Counted from the first letter of the stretch, positions 9,868-20,148 are shown. The stretch: 55,378 nucleotides of DNA from an uncultured virus (IMG/VR IMGVR_UViG_3300020048_000016) (IMGVR_UViG_3300020048_000016), one strand, 5' to 3'. Notes: a model not told the origin generated them from the sequence alone. Numbers and translations are program-made.

Positions 9868-10758
9868 TTAGGATAATAAGTAATCAATTGCCATTACATA
9901 TCTTTGATATAGATTCATTTCCTCAGACACTGCAGGATCATTATGCACAATTGTTAAAACATCTGTTTGTCCTACTTTCTTAACTTCTAGAAAAGTCTTT
10001 TTATAACCAAGTATTTCAGCAAGTTGTTTATTTTTATAATAGTAGTTAGATTCAAGATAATTATCTATTAATACCTCTGTTATAGTTCCAATAGTATCAT
10101 CTCTTTCTACTTCTAATCTATATGAGAACTTACCATAATCGTTTCTTTTTTCAACTTCTATTAGATAAGTACCTCCGTGTGTTAAAGGAATTTGCGTAGC
10201 GTAACTAGATTGAGTGAAGTAATCAGATCCGGAAGTTAAACTTTGTAAAGGTTTAGCAAATCTAGGAACATCATTAGACCAATCAACCGTACTTATATCT
10301 ATGTTATATAAATTAGTATCTACTATATCAATATTAAGTATATCATCTATCCTAGTGAATTCAACTTTAGATGAAGTAGCAACAATCGCATAATTAGAAT
10401 CCAATGTATCAGATAGAGTAAAAATAGCATTTAATATGTTATCTGATTTTAGTTGGTCACCTTGTTGATAAATACCATTTGATTTGTATAATTTCTTCAA
10501 TCTCTCTACAAAAGATGAACTTGTTCTTTCAATTATCAAAGGCCAAGTTAAATTTTTTAATTCAGTTATACTTTTATAAGATCTTGGATCTATATCATAT
10601 AAAGTTTCAATACATAATTGAAAACTTTCATAATCACCCTTTTGTACTAATTCATCTATATAATTTTTATAATCAATTTGATAATCTTTACCAGATCTCG
10701 CAATCTTATCAATCTTATTGAAGATTTTACCAACCTTTATTCTAACCTCATTTCTCAT
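9868..10758 (-). CDS. Hypothetical protein
   Basis: 296-aa ORF with TATATATAG motif upstream. Confidence 0.65.
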   Translation of the reverse strand: MRNEVRIKVGKIFNKIDKIARSGKDYQIDYKNYIDELVQKGDYESFQLCIETLYDIDPRSYKSITELKNLTWPLIIERTSSSFVERLKKLYKSNGIYQQGDQLKSDNILNAIFTLSDTLDSNYAIVATSSKVEFTRIDDILNIDIVDTNLYNIDISTVDWSNDVPRFAKPLQSLTSGSDYFTQSSYATQIPLTHGGTYLIEVEKRNDYGKFSYRLEVERDDTIGTITEVLIDNYLESNYYYKNKQLAEILGYKKTFLEVKKVGQTDVLTIVHNDPAVSEEMNLYQRYVMAIDYLLS

Positions 10759-10769
10759 ATACTATATAT

Positions 10770-10800
10770 AAAAAAAAGTGTATCAAATGATACACTTTTT
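10770..10800 (-). terminator. Terminator abutting a TATATA motif
   Basis: AAAAAAAGTGTATCAAATGATACACTTTTT. Confidence 0.75.
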
Positions 10801-10806
10801 AAATTA

Positions 10807-12207
10807 TTATTTTGGTAGTTTATTTAACTCATCATCAATCAAATCTTTGATAGTATTGACATCATCTTCTTTACCTTTTCTTAGAAATTCTGCGTAACTA
10901 GATACCTTTTTCATCTTCTCTGGATCATCTTTGATCATACCAAGTTCTTCTGCTGCTTTTTTAGCTTCTTCACTTTTTTGCTCATCTCCGATAACACCAA
11001 CTATATCACTATAACTTCTTTCAATAGTTTTACCATCTTTTTCAAACTTAACACTTTTATCATTGTTTTGATCATTAAGTGCAACCATTTGTCCAACACC
11101 TACAACCTCAGCCTGTTCATCTGGTTTCTTTTTTGCATCATATTTATCTTTTTCAATACCTGGTAATAAATAGATAACTTCTTTCTTATCACCATATATT
11201 TTATTAAGTTTCTCATAGTCCATTCCCTGACCTTCACCTTCTTTAATTCCAAGTAATTTCTCAGCCTCTACTTTTGATAATAACTTATCAACTGGTTTAT
11301 CAAATTTACTTCCTTTATCAGTTTCGATTGAAAATCCTTTAGTCTCATCAAATGCGGTTACTTTACCTTTACCAATAAGTTCTTTTTTAGGTGCTTTTGC
11401 ATCATATCCATCCATCATATAATAGATATCTTTACCTACAAGTTCTTTTTCTTCTTTAACACCATATGAACCAAGAACATCAGTATCATCACCTACTTCA
11501 CCAACACCAGCGAATTTGTTAACTTCTTCTTCTGTTATTGCATTAACAAATTCATACATTTTTTTAACCATAACATTGTTAACCCAGTTCATTACTGCCA
11601 TTTTCTTCTTATCATCTGTAAGACCAGCAATAAGTTTTTTCAATTGTGGAAGATGTGCTTGATCAACAAATCCTTTTGCATCCGCTGTTCTTTGAACTGC
11701 TTTACCTGATTTCAACTCTGGTTTAATTGCAGGTACAGGAAGTGCTTTACCAACTACAAATGATTTAGCAGAACCTGCTCCATATTGAAAGAATACTAGT
11801 GTTTTATTTCTTACACTTTCCAATTCATATTGAACTTCTTTTTTTAATTTCTCATCATCAAAACCTGCTATGAATTCCTGAATACTTTTGGTACTAAGAA
11901 CACCATCATCAGGATCAATTATCTTAGAAATAATATCAAAACAATCTTGATCATTAAACTGTGGTTTTGCATTATATTCTTTAAATACACCAGCAAATAA
12001 ACTTTCTGAACTCTTGACACCAAATAGTTCCGTTTGAAAGTATTTTTTAATATCTTCAAAAGATGTCATTTTTTTAATTTTATCCTGTGCTTTCTTAAAA
12101 ATACCTTTAAGAAAGTCAAGAATTTTACCGAATATTGCCTCTTCATTTACTGGTTCAGCATTTGAGTTCTTAAAAGACTCGAATTTTTTAATATATTTAT
12201 TTTCCAT
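10807..12207 (-). CDS. Hypothetical Lys/Glu-rich protein with N-terminal leader and duplicated C-terminal module
   Basis: MENKYIKKFESF...NEEAIFGK; two IY..YDAK..G.G modules. Confidence 0.7.
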   Translation of the reverse strand: MENKYIKKFESFKNSNAEPVNEEAIFGKILDFLKGIFKKAQDKIKKMTSFEDIKKYFQTELFGVKSSESLFAGVFKEYNAKPQFNDQDCFDIISKIIDPDDGVLSTKSIQEFIAGFDDEKLKKEVQYELESVRNKTLVFFQYGAGSAKSFVVGKALPVPAIKPELKSGKAVQRTADAKGFVDQAHLPQLKKLIAGLTDDKKKMAVMNWVNNVMVKKMYEFVNAITEEEVNKFAGVGEVGDDTDVLGSYGVKEEKELVGKDIYYMMDGYDAKAPKKELIGKGKVTAFDETKGFSIETDKGSKFDKPVDKLLSKVEAEKLLGIKEGEGQGMDYEKLNKIYGDKKEVIYLLPGIEKDKYDAKKKPDEQAEVVGVGQMVALNDQNNDKSVKFEKDGKTIERSYSDIVGVIGDEQKSEEAKKAAEELGMIKDDPEKMKKVSSYAEFLRKGKEDDVNTIKDLIDDELNKLPK

Positions 12208-12256
12208 AAACTATATATAAAAATTTTAATATAAAAAAGAAAAAAAACTATTTTTT

Positions 12257-12721
12257 ATGAATAAATATTTAGAAGCTGTTTCAGAGTTCCACGAAACATT
12301 TGGAGCACCAATTTTAGAAACACCTCAAATTCCATCAAGCGATAGATGTGAATTAAGAGTATCTTTATTACAAGAAGAATTAAACGAATTAAAAGAAGCA
12401 ATCGAGAAAGGAGATGTTGTGGAGATTGCTGATGCACTTGCTGACTTACAATATGTTCTATCTGGCGCAGTTTTAGAATTCGGTATGGGCACTAAGTTCG
12501 ATGAATTATTTGATGAAGTACAACGAAGTAATATGAGCAAAGCGTGTGATTCACAACAAGATGCATTAGCAACACTTTCACACTACAAACAAAAAGATGG
12601 CACTGAAGGTGTTTATAAAGAAGAAAACGGTAAATGGTTAGTTTACAGAAAAGAAGATAACAAAGTTTTAAAATCTGTTAACTACTCACCTGCAAACTTA
12701 AAAGATATTGTAAATGGATAA
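12257..12721 (+). CDS. MazG-like NTP pyrophosphohydrolase (PRA-PH-like)
   Basis: EFHETFG, LQEELNEL, EIADALAD, EVQRSNMSK, KVLKS. Confidence 0.88.
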   Translation: MNKYLEAVSEFHETFGAPILETPQIPSSDRCELRVSLLQEELNELKEAIEKGDVVEIADALADLQYVLSGAVLEFGMGTKFDELFDEVQRSNMSKACDSQQDALATLSHYKQKDGTEGVYKEENGKWLVYRKEDNKVLKSVNYSPANLKDIVNG

Positions 12722-13073
12722 TCAATATGTTAGGAATAAACTTTCTATAAAACTTAATATGATAATGAGTCAAGGCAAGAAGACAGAAGGTATTGTTGCT
12801 GATGCAGTTATTGATAAATTACTAAGAATAGATAGTGAAAACTATTATGGTTTTGATAACTTTGGTTTATATGAAATAATCTGGGATAAACCAAAGTTAT
12901 TTCCTGTTGCAATTATGAGACTAGATGATGGTTATACTTGTGAAAAAAGTGGAAGCAATTATATTCTTTTTTATAAAGGTGCTTATGAAAAAGCATTATT
13001 TTGGTCACAGATCATAGATTTTAATGTAAAAGAATATAGAGAAGAGCAATTAAAATTACTACTAGATGAATGA
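12714..13073 (+). CDS. Hypothetical protein with C-terminal tag
   Basis: Ends EYREEQLKLLLDE. Confidence 0.6.
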   Translation: MDNQYVRNKLSIKLNMIMSQGKKTEGIVADAVIDKLLRIDSENYYGFDNFGLYEIIWDKPKLFPVAIMRLDDGYTCEKSGSNYILFYKGAYEKALFWSQIIDFNVKEYREEQLKLLLDE

Positions 13074-13315
13074 AAGAAGACTTATTTCTAAAATCTGTTA
13101 TAAATATTTCTACTAAAATTGGAACATATCATACATTAGGAATGCCTAAGTATTTTGATAATGGATCTAAGGTAGATGTTTATCACCATTTTTATTTTGA
13201 TTTAATATCAATTGATAAAAATGGTGAGCTTTATATTTTAAGTAGAAACCAATTTGATAAAAACTTTTATACTATAGAAAATTGGAGAGATAAGCAATTG
13301 AAAAAACTGATATAA
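13070..13315 (+). CDS. Hypothetical protein with C-terminal tag
   Basis: Ends FYTIENWRDKQLKKLI. Confidence 0.6.
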   Translation: MKEDLFLKSVINISTKIGTYHTLGMPKYFDNGSKVDVYHHFYFDLISIDKNGELYILSRNQFDKNFYTIENWRDKQLKKLI

Positions 13316-13320
13316 TTTCA

Positions 13321-13328
13321 TATATTTG
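13321..13328 (+). promoter_or_regulatory. Bacteroidota -7 element, near-leaderless
   Basis: TATATTTG, then TAAA, then ATG. Confidence 0.6.
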
Positions 13329-13332
13329 TAAA

Positions 13333-13680
13333 ATGGAAAATAAAAGAATAGAAAAAGAATTTAATTCATTCAAAAAGAAAATGATCGGATCAAATCTAAT
13401 TTGGTTCGAATCACTTCCTGTTAGGAAAAAATGGGATCTATTTTATGAATGGAAAAGAGTTAAATACCACAGAGGTAAAAATATAAAAGAACCTAAGAAG
13501 ATCAGAAAAAGAACTTACGACTTCATTGCAAGAAGTTATAAGATGGTTGAAATTATGTTATACCCAGCAAGTCTTAAACATTTCATTATAGAAAGAAAAA
13601 ACTCATACAAATATAAAGTATCAAAAGAGACACTTAGAGATAAAACAATCGATATGCTTTTTGATACAAATAAAAAATAA
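13333..13680 (+). CDS. Basic hypothetical protein with C-terminal tag
   Basis: Ends ETLRDKTIDMLFDTNKK. Confidence 0.6.
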   Translation: MENKRIEKEFNSFKKKMIGSNLIWFESLPVRKKWDLFYEWKRVKYHRGKNIKEPKKIRKRTYDFIARSYKMVEIMLYPASLKHFIIERKNSYKYKVSKETLRDKTIDMLFDTNKK

Positions 13681-13689
13681 AAACAATTT

Positions 13690-14052
13690 ATGAAAATGTT
13701 ACTTATTGATATTGATGGAACTATTTCCGATGATATTAAAAACGAAGATTCGCATCTTTACCCAACCGCAGCAGTTATAGAAGGTTCATTAGAACAAATT
13801 AATAACTGGTACGAAGAAGGTCACCATATAACATTCTTCACCGCAAGAGAATCAAAAGATAGAGAAGTTACAATTAAATGGTTAGACGATAATGGATTTA
13901 AATACCACGGTCTTATAACTGATAAACCAAGATGTATTAATCAAGATGATGAATACTTCTGGATTGACAACAGACCAGTTAGAGGTGTTACATATAAAGG
14001 TGTTTGGGGACCTCTTGTTGATACCGTTGCTAAAATTAAAACAATGGGATAA
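13690..14052 (+). CDS. HAD-superfamily phosphatase (capless)
   Basis: DIDGT, FTAR, KP, WIDN motifs. Confidence 0.85.
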   Translation: MKMLLIDIDGTISDDIKNEDSHLYPTAAVIEGSLEQINNWYEEGHHITFFTARESKDREVTIKWLDDNGFKYHGLITDKPRCINQDDEYFWIDNRPVRGVTYKGVWGPLVDTVAKIKTMG

Positions 14053-14936
14053 TGATATTAGATGGTAAAGCAGTATCAGAAAAGATACTTAGCGATTTAA
14101 AATTAAAGATTGAAGAACAAATACAATCAAACAACTTAGGATATACGATAGCAAGACCTAGTATTGCTATCGTTATCGTAGGTAGTAATCCAGCATCAGA
14201 AACTTATGTTAAAGCAAAGATAAAGGCTTGTGAAAAAGCAGGTATCGATTCTAAACTAATAAGATTTGATGAAGACATTTCTAACTTTGATCTTCAACAA
14301 GAAATATTTCAATTGAACAAATCTCACTTTGATGGATTTATCGTTCAACTTCCTCTTCCAGCACACATTAAGGAAGAACCAATTATCGGATCAATTGATC
14401 CCGAAAAAGATATTGATGGCTTTCATCCACTTAATTTTGGTAAAATGGCAATCGGTCAAAAATCTATGAGACCTGCCACACCTTATGGTATATTGAAATT
14501 AATTCAACACTATAACTTAGAAACAAAAGGTAAACACGTTGTTGTTATTGGTAGATCAAATTTAGTCGGTAAACCTATTTCTATAATGTTAGGTAACGAT
14601 TTTGGTATAGGTCGTAGTACAGTGACATCTTGTGATATTAACACACCCAGAGAGCTTCTAATAACTCAAACAAAAATGGCTGATATAATTATTGTTGCGG
14701 TAGGTAAAACTAATATACTCACTGAAGATATGATTAAAGAAGGTGCTGTCGTTATTGATGTTGGAATCAATAGAAATGAAGAAGGTAAACTTGTTGGTGA
14801 TGTTGATTTTGAAAATGTTAGCAAGAAAGCAGGTTGGATTACACCAGTTCCTGGTGGAGTTGGACCTATGACTGTTGCTGGATTGATTTTGAATACTTAT
14901 GAATCTTGGAAGTCTAAATATTTTATAAATGAGTAG
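14052..14936 (+). CDS. folD: Methylenetetrahydrofolate dehydrogenase/cyclohydrolase
   Basis: ILDGK, YVKAK, VQLPLP, KDIDGFHP, PATPYG, GRSNLVGKP, DVGIN, TPVPGGVGPMT. Confidence 0.97.
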   Translation: MILDGKAVSEKILSDLKLKIEEQIQSNNLGYTIARPSIAIVIVGSNPASETYVKAKIKACEKAGIDSKLIRFDEDISNFDLQQEIFQLNKSHFDGFIVQLPLPAHIKEEPIIGSIDPEKDIDGFHPLNFGKMAIGQKSMRPATPYGILKLIQHYNLETKGKHVVVIGRSNLVGKPISIMLGNDFGIGRSTVTSCDINTPRELLITQTKMADIIIVAVGKTNILTEDMIKEGAVVIDVGINRNEEGKLVGDVDFENVSKKAGWITPVPGGVGPMTVAGLILNTYESWKSKYFINE

Positions 14937-15204
14937 TTATGTTGTATATGTAGGAGATGGTCATAACAATTTCACATATGGTAAAAAGTATAGAGTTATG
15001 AGTAATCTACATACAACATCATCTTTTTACTATATTAATGTAATAGACAATTTAGGAGAAAGTCAAATTGTTCCAACTGATGGAGAAGAAGAGATTACAA
15101 ATTATAAATTTTCAACTAGACGATACGGACCTGCTACAAAAAAAGTTGAATATTTCATAACTATTGAAGAATTTAGAGATAGAAAACTAAACGAATTATT
15201 ATGA
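14929..15204 (+). CDS. Hypothetical protein, FTxGKxY family, with C-terminal tag
   Basis: FTYGKKYRV; ends YFITIEEFRDRKLNELL. Confidence 0.65.
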   Translation: MSSYVVYVGDGHNNFTYGKKYRVMSNLHTTSSFYYINVIDNLGESQIVPTDGEEEITNYKFSTRRYGPATKKVEYFITIEEFRDRKLNELL

Positions 15205-15380
15205 GCAAAGAGATGTGTACAGAAGAAATAAATTGTATTAATTGTAATGATCAATTTTTAACATATTGGTGGATTGAAGAAGGTATGCCAGTTGAAATGT
15301 TTTGTTGTAGTGATTGTATGGAAGAATACTATTCTATAGAAAGTAGGATAGATAGGTTAATTGAAAATATTATAAATTGA
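15201..15380 (+). CDS. Small Cys-rich (zinc-finger-like) protein, 59 aa, not in ORF track
   Basis: CINC...CCSDC; ends SRIDRLIENIIN. Confidence 0.6.
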   Translation: MSKEMCTEEINCINCNDQFLTYWWIEEGMPVEMFCCSDCMEEYYSIESRIDRLIENIIN

Positions 15381-15382
15381 AT

Positions 15383-15883
15383 ATGAAAGAAAAGAAATTA
15401 AAAAAAATAGCAAAATTGATATCAAATCAATTACATGTCATAGAATCTCCAATGAAAGGAGAAGTAGAATATAGAGCGGAATATGACTCAGAAGTTTCTG
15501 ATAAATTAAAAAAATTTATACTTAATGTTATACAATATAAAGAAAACTTAAGTATCACTATATCCGAAAAACATTTTACTATTTCAACAAATGATATTAA
15601 AAATATTAAAAAAAGTAATAACAATAGCAATTCCATTAATAAATATTCAAACTCAGATGAGAATTATTTAGAAATATTTGTAGATGAGAAAGGATTTTAT
15701 TTAAACTACGGATATAGAAAAAGAAGTAGATATACAGATGAGGAAATTTTTAATGAATTACTACCAATAGTTAAACAAAGAAACAAAGAGATAAACTCTG
15801 AAAACTTTAATGAGATATGGGAAGAGGTAATGATCGAATCTGGAATAATGAGAGATAATAACTTAGATGAGTTAGGAATATGA
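15383..15883 (+). CDS. Hypothetical protein with C-terminal tag
   Basis: Ends MRDNNLDELGI. Confidence 0.6.
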   Translation: MKEKKLKKIAKLISNQLHVIESPMKGEVEYRAEYDSEVSDKLKKFILNVIQYKENLSITISEKHFTISTNDIKNIKKSNNNSNSINKYSNSDENYLEIFVDEKGFYLNYGYRKRSRYTDEEIFNELLPIVKQRNKEINSENFNEIWEEVMIESGIMRDNNLDELGI

Positions 15884-16056
15884 GTGACGTAACTAAAGAG
15901 CAATGGGAAAGCCTAAGAGAAATGATAATTGGTGAATTATCCGCTTTTCTAAAAGAATGTACAATTTGTAAAAACAAATACAAAGATTATTTAGATAATA
16001 AAACAGTTTGTATAAATTGTGATAGAGATCAAAAGATAGATAACTTACTTAAATAA
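15880..16056 (+). CDS. Small zinc-finger-like protein, 58 aa, not in ORF track
   Basis: CTIC...CINC; ends DRDQKIDNLLK. Confidence 0.65.
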   Translation: MSDVTKEQWESLREMIIGELSAFLKECTICKNKYKDYLDNKTVCINCDRDQKIDNLLK

Positions 16057-16062
16057 ATTAAA

Positions 16063-17061
16063 ATGAACATAAACGATTACATTAAAGACTTATCAATAAA
16101 AGATAAGAAAACACTTTCACAGAAAACATTAAAACTAGTAGAAGAAGTTGGTGAATTAGCACGAGTTATCTTACCATACGATTCTGCACACGGAACTAAC
16201 CACCGATTTACAGACAGAGATGCTATCCTAGAAGAATTAGTTGATGTTTATTTGACAAATATATCTATCTCACACTCATTAGGTTTTACTGATGAAGAGT
16301 TTAATGATATGTTAGTTAAGAAGACTGAGAAATGGGGCTCACTTCAAGCGAAAGAAGAACAAGCAACTTTTCCACTTCCATTTGAAATACACGTTACAGT
16401 TGATATGGAAAGAATTATTGATGGTGATGGTGACTCAACTAATGGTAAAAAATTATTTATTAAAGATTTCAAAAATCAATGCTTATCAATTGGTGTTAAA
16501 CCAATTGTAATAGATTTAGAGATTAATGATGGTTCTATCATAAAAGATGTAATGACTAGTTCTAAGTTCTTTGGTGATAACAGAACCGCTTATGAAGAGT
16601 CTGAACGAATTGTTAAAGAATTAAAAGATAGAGGTTATAAAGTAGTCCGCAATAAAATTGAAAGCGTTCCGTGGCACCCAGCAGCACCTGTTATTTCAAC
16701 CGGTAATGAAATACCAAATGGTTGTTACTTCGAATCACATATTGGTGTAACTATAAATAATGATCAGAAAGAAGATCTAGAAACATTCATAAGATCAACA
16801 TTAACCAACGGTCATTTAATTGAGCTAAGTGGAACTGCTAAATTATCACAAAACTTTTTCAAGAAATCTAATGATGGAAGTAGGTTCGTAAATATGCTTA
16901 CTTATAGAAGTAATATATGCGGAAGACCATTATTTGAAGCAGAGGTTAAAAGTATTCAGTATTTATTGAAAGAAGAAGGATTTGATTTTGAGAAGGTTGA
17001 AGTAGAATACGCTGTATATGATACAAATGTTACACACGATGCAAAATGGATCAAAGGATAA
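16063..17061 (+). CDS. MazG-like domain fused to an uncharacterised two-His domain
   Basis: KLVEEVGELA and EELVDV at the N-terminus; FEIHVTV and YFESHIGV in the C-terminal part. Confidence 0.7.
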   Translation: MNINDYIKDLSIKDKKTLSQKTLKLVEEVGELARVILPYDSAHGTNHRFTDRDAILEELVDVYLTNISISHSLGFTDEEFNDMLVKKTEKWGSLQAKEEQATFPLPFEIHVTVDMERIIDGDGDSTNGKKLFIKDFKNQCLSIGVKPIVIDLEINDGSIIKDVMTSSKFFGDNRTAYEESERIVKELKDRGYKVVRNKIESVPWHPAAPVISTGNEIPNGCYFESHIGVTINNDQKEDLETFIRSTLTNGHLIELSGTAKLSQNFFKKSNDGSRFVNMLTYRSNICGRPLFEAEVKSIQYLLKEEGFDFEKVEVEYAVYDTNVTHDAKWIKG

Positions 17062-17306
17062 AACACCCATCTAACTATTTGTTAAAAAGAGGTGACATAA
17101 TCGTTTGTATTACACACAACTGGGAAACCTTTACATACGGAAGGCAATATGAAGTTCTTATGGATCAATTTGGCCCCGATAGAATGAGTATTGTTGATGT
17201 TATGAATGATAGAGGTGATAGATATATGCCTGCTTCCAACTACTTTGTTACTCTAGATGAATGGCGCGAAATGAAAATAGATGAAATAATAAAACCAGTC
17301 GATTGA
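17046..17306 (+). CDS. Hypothetical protein, FTxGKxY family, with C-terminal tag
   Basis: FTYGRQYEV; YFVTLDEWREMKIDEII. Confidence 0.65.
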   Translation: MDQRIKHPSNYLLKRGDIIVCITHNWETFTYGRQYEVLMDQFGPDRMSIVDVMNDRGDRYMPASNYFVTLDEWREMKIDEIIKPVD

Positions 17307-17314
17307 CTGGTTTT
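17291..17314. terminator. Bidirectional terminator
   Basis: AAAACCAGTCGATTGACTGGTTTT between convergent genes. Confidence 0.7.
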
Positions 17315-17317
17315 ATT

Positions 17318-18007
17318 TTAATTTAATATTCTGTAAACAACATCTGGTCTACCACTTTCATATCTTATTGTAGCACTTTGTAACATAGAATCTCGAACGG
17401 TTAATTCACCTGCATAGATAGATTTCTCAGGATCATTTATATCCAATGGTTCAAACTTCCAAGTATCTGGTGAATATTCATCTAAGAAAAAGTCATTTTC
17501 ATCTAATTTAAAACCTAATGACTTATAAAATCCTGTTAGGAAACCATCATAATGATCTAGTTTAGAACCACCAGACTTTATTACTTTATCCATAATAATT
17601 TTACCTACACCACCAACTCTTTCATTATTATGAACAAGTATAATATCACCATCTTCTTTTAAAGCAAATCCAATTTTGTAACCTTCAAGTTTAAATAGTC
17701 TGAATTCTGATAATTCCTCAACTGAATAAGGTGTTAGAAATTCAATTCTCTTAGAAGCGTTAACAGAATCTAAAAATTCATCAGGAGTGGTTTTCCAATT
17801 ACCAGTAGAAATCTTTTCTAGTATATCATTTCGATCCTCATTAGTATCTTCTTTAACAACATCTTCCATTAATAACATATCTAGGTATCTTTTCTCATAT
17901 CTCTCAGAGATACCAGATATCATTTCTACTTCAGGTTGTGCATAATCAACATCATAATCAATAAATCTTTCGTTTACAAATTGACCAAACTTTTTAATTT
18001 TTTTCAT
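17318..18007 (-). CDS. GNAT-like protein with N-terminal leader
   Basis: MKKIKKFGQFVNE; GVGKIIM, LDHYDGFLTGFYKSLGF resembles GNAT motifs A/B. Confidence 0.55.
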   Translation of the reverse strand: MKKIKKFGQFVNERFIDYDVDYAQPEVEMISGISERYEKRYLDMLLMEDVVKEDTNEDRNDILEKISTGNWKTTPDEFLDSVNASKRIEFLTPYSVEELSEFRLFKLEGYKIGFALKEDGDIILVHNNERVGGVGKIIMDKVIKSGGSKLDHYDGFLTGFYKSLGFKLDENDFFLDEYSPDTWKFEPLDINDPEKSIYAGELTVRDSMLQSATIRYESGRPDVVYRILN

Positions 18008-18714
18008 TTATCAAAAACTATTTTTTTGAATAGTTCGCTTATTTTTTCAAAGTCGTTAAAAACTCTTTTATTAACTTCAAACATAAAACCACTAACTCTT
18101 TTATCTTTCATATAGTATTTATTTGGAATTAAACAACCGATGAACGGCTCATTTATAGACCAAGTATAACCATAACTTTCTATCATATTTATTAAATTTT
18201 CCAAATGGTTTTTATTCAAGTGGAACTCTTCAATACCAATACAGATATCAGGTCTCTTTAAATCTTTATGTTTCTCATATGGTAATGGTACATCCCAATA
18301 AGAGTGTAGATCGATAAACATAACTTCACCATACTTATTTAATAAGTTCTCACACTTATCATCAAGTAACTTATGATGCTCGTGGTAGTATTTAAATATA
18401 CTTTCTTTATCTTTTACTCTTCTAATCTCTTTTAGTTCGTGAGAGTGAGTATATAGAACACCCATCCCAATATCATTCATTTCTTCTTCTTCACCATTGA
18501 ACCTTTCTACATCACATAATATTCTAGAGTATGGAAATTGAACAACATTTTCCTTGAATAGTTCTTCTGGTAAAATATCTGCTAATTTATCAGTACCATG
18601 ATCCATTAGTATATCAGCAATGCTTTTAACTTCTTCACTTGATACAATATAATCACTCATATACTTTTCGGGTATATAGACTGAAGAATGTGGTATGTGT
18701 ATAAGTTTATTCAT
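18004..18714 (-). CDS. hutG: N-formylglutamate amidohydrolase
   Basis: HIPHSS, SRILCDVER, DLHSY, RPDICIG, NEPFIG, FEVNKR; likely start MNKL at 18714. Confidence 0.85.
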   Translation of the reverse strand: MNKLIHIPHSSVYIPEKYMSDYIVSSEEVKSIADILMDHGTDKLADILPEELFKENVVQFPYSRILCDVERFNGEEEEMNDIGMGVLYTHSHELKEIRRVKDKESIFKYYHEHHKLLDDKCENLLNKYGEVMFIDLHSYWDVPLPYEKHKDLKRPDICIGIEEFHLNKNHLENLINMIESYGYTWSINEPFIGCLIPNKYYMKDKRVSGFMFEVNKRVFNDFEKISELFKKIVFDK

Positions 18715-18719
18715 ATCTA

Positions 18720-18727
18720 CAAATATA
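18720..18727 (-). promoter_or_regulatory. Bacteroidota -7 element, near-leaderless
   Basis: Minus strand TATATTTG-TAGAT-ATG. Confidence 0.6.
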
Positions 18728-18785
18728 ATCATTTTATCAAACTTTTACAATATAGTTTTCTATAAATCAAAAATAAAATTATTAA

Positions 18786-19964
18786 ATGGGAAAATTAGCG
18801 TTAAATTTCATCTGTAAAGATGAGTCGCATGTTATCGAAACTATGCTTAACAGCGCAAAAGATGTTGTTGATCTTATTGTTGTAAATGATACTGGTTCAA
18901 CTGATGGAACACAACAAATAATTAAAGACTTCGGTGAGAAAAACAATATACCTACATATGTTTTCGAAAGACCTTTCGATGACTTTGAGAAAAGTAGAAC
19001 ATATGCTATGGAAAAACTTAGAGATGTTGTCAATGAACTTGGTTGGGATCCAAATAAAGTTCACGGATTTTGGTTTGATTGTGATGAACAATTAATTATT
19101 GATACTAAATTCAATAAAGCACAATTCACAAAAGACCTTTATATGATTAACACTTATATTGGACAAATGAAATACACTCGTAATACTTTCTTTAAAGTTT
19201 CTAAACCATTCCGCTGGTATGGTCCTGTTCATGAGTTCATTGTATGTGATGATCAAAACATTACATCTGGTCTTGCCGAAAACATCAGTGTTGATGTTAA
19301 AATGACTGGTGCTTCTTGGCAAGGTGATATTTCTAAAAAATATCTATCTCACGCACATAAGTTAGAAGCATATATTGCAGATAGTAGACAAGATCCACGT
19401 TGGATATTCTACACTGCGCAATCTTATCATGATTCTGCTTCTATGAAAGATAACAAAGAAGAGAATGAAGAAAGACTTAGAAGATCTATGAAATATTACA
19501 AAGAAAGAATTTCTAGACAAGATGGTTATCCAGAAGAAATATTTTATGCACAATATAGAGTTGGTACTATTATGAGAACTCTTGATGAACCTTGGAACTT
19601 AACACACCAAGAATTGTTAAAAGCATATGCAATCGATCCTTTAAGAGCAGAATCAATTAAAGTAATTATTGATTATTATTTACAAATGGGTGAATGGCAT
19701 ATGGCATATATGTACACTAAATTTGCTAAGATGAATTTCCACGGTAAAAATCCTTACCCAACTAGATTGTTATTCATTGATGAAGCAACATATGTTTGGA
19801 AGATAGCAGAAGCACATAGTGCAGCATGTTATTATACAGGTAGAATGGATGAAGCAAAAGCAACATATCAAGATATTGTTAATGCAACTAAAACACATCC
19901 ACATTGTTTCACACCAGAAGATTTGCAAAAAATTCAAATGAATGGTCAATTCTTCAATAAATAA
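18786..19964 (+). CDS. GT2 glycosyltransferase with TPR-like C-terminus
   Basis: ICKDESHVI, DTGSTDGT, DCDE, GPVHE, RWIFYTAQSY, helical repeats. Confidence 0.85.
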   Translation: MGKLALNFICKDESHVIETMLNSAKDVVDLIVVNDTGSTDGTQQIIKDFGEKNNIPTYVFERPFDDFEKSRTYAMEKLRDVVNELGWDPNKVHGFWFDCDEQLIIDTKFNKAQFTKDLYMINTYIGQMKYTRNTFFKVSKPFRWYGPVHEFIVCDDQNITSGLAENISVDVKMTGASWQGDISKKYLSHAHKLEAYIADSRQDPRWIFYTAQSYHDSASMKDNKEENEERLRRSMKYYKERISRQDGYPEEIFYAQYRVGTIMRTLDEPWNLTHQELLKAYAIDPLRAESIKVIIDYYLQMGEWHMAYMYTKFAKMNFHGKNPYPTRLLFIDEATYVWKIAEAHSAACYYTGRMDEAKATYQDIVNATKTHPHCFTPEDLQKIQMNGQFFNK

Positions 19965-19971
19965 AAATATT

Positions 19972-20148
19972 ATGAATAAAGTATTAATATACATTAAAAA
20001 ATATGCTTGGGCTTGGTTCCTAGGTTCTGGTACTGAAATGATATCAGGATATGGTTTATTTAACTGGCAATGGTATGCATTTGTAATACCATTAATATTA
20101 TTAGTAGCGATAAGAGATCATGGTAAAGATAATAGTAGCAACATCTAA
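19972..20148 (+). CDS. Small membrane protein
   Basis: MNKVL... with two hydrophobic Trp-rich segments. Confidence 0.5.
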   Translation: MNKVLIYIKKYAWAWFLGSGTEMISGYGLFNWQWYAFVIPLILLVAIRDHGKDNSSNI

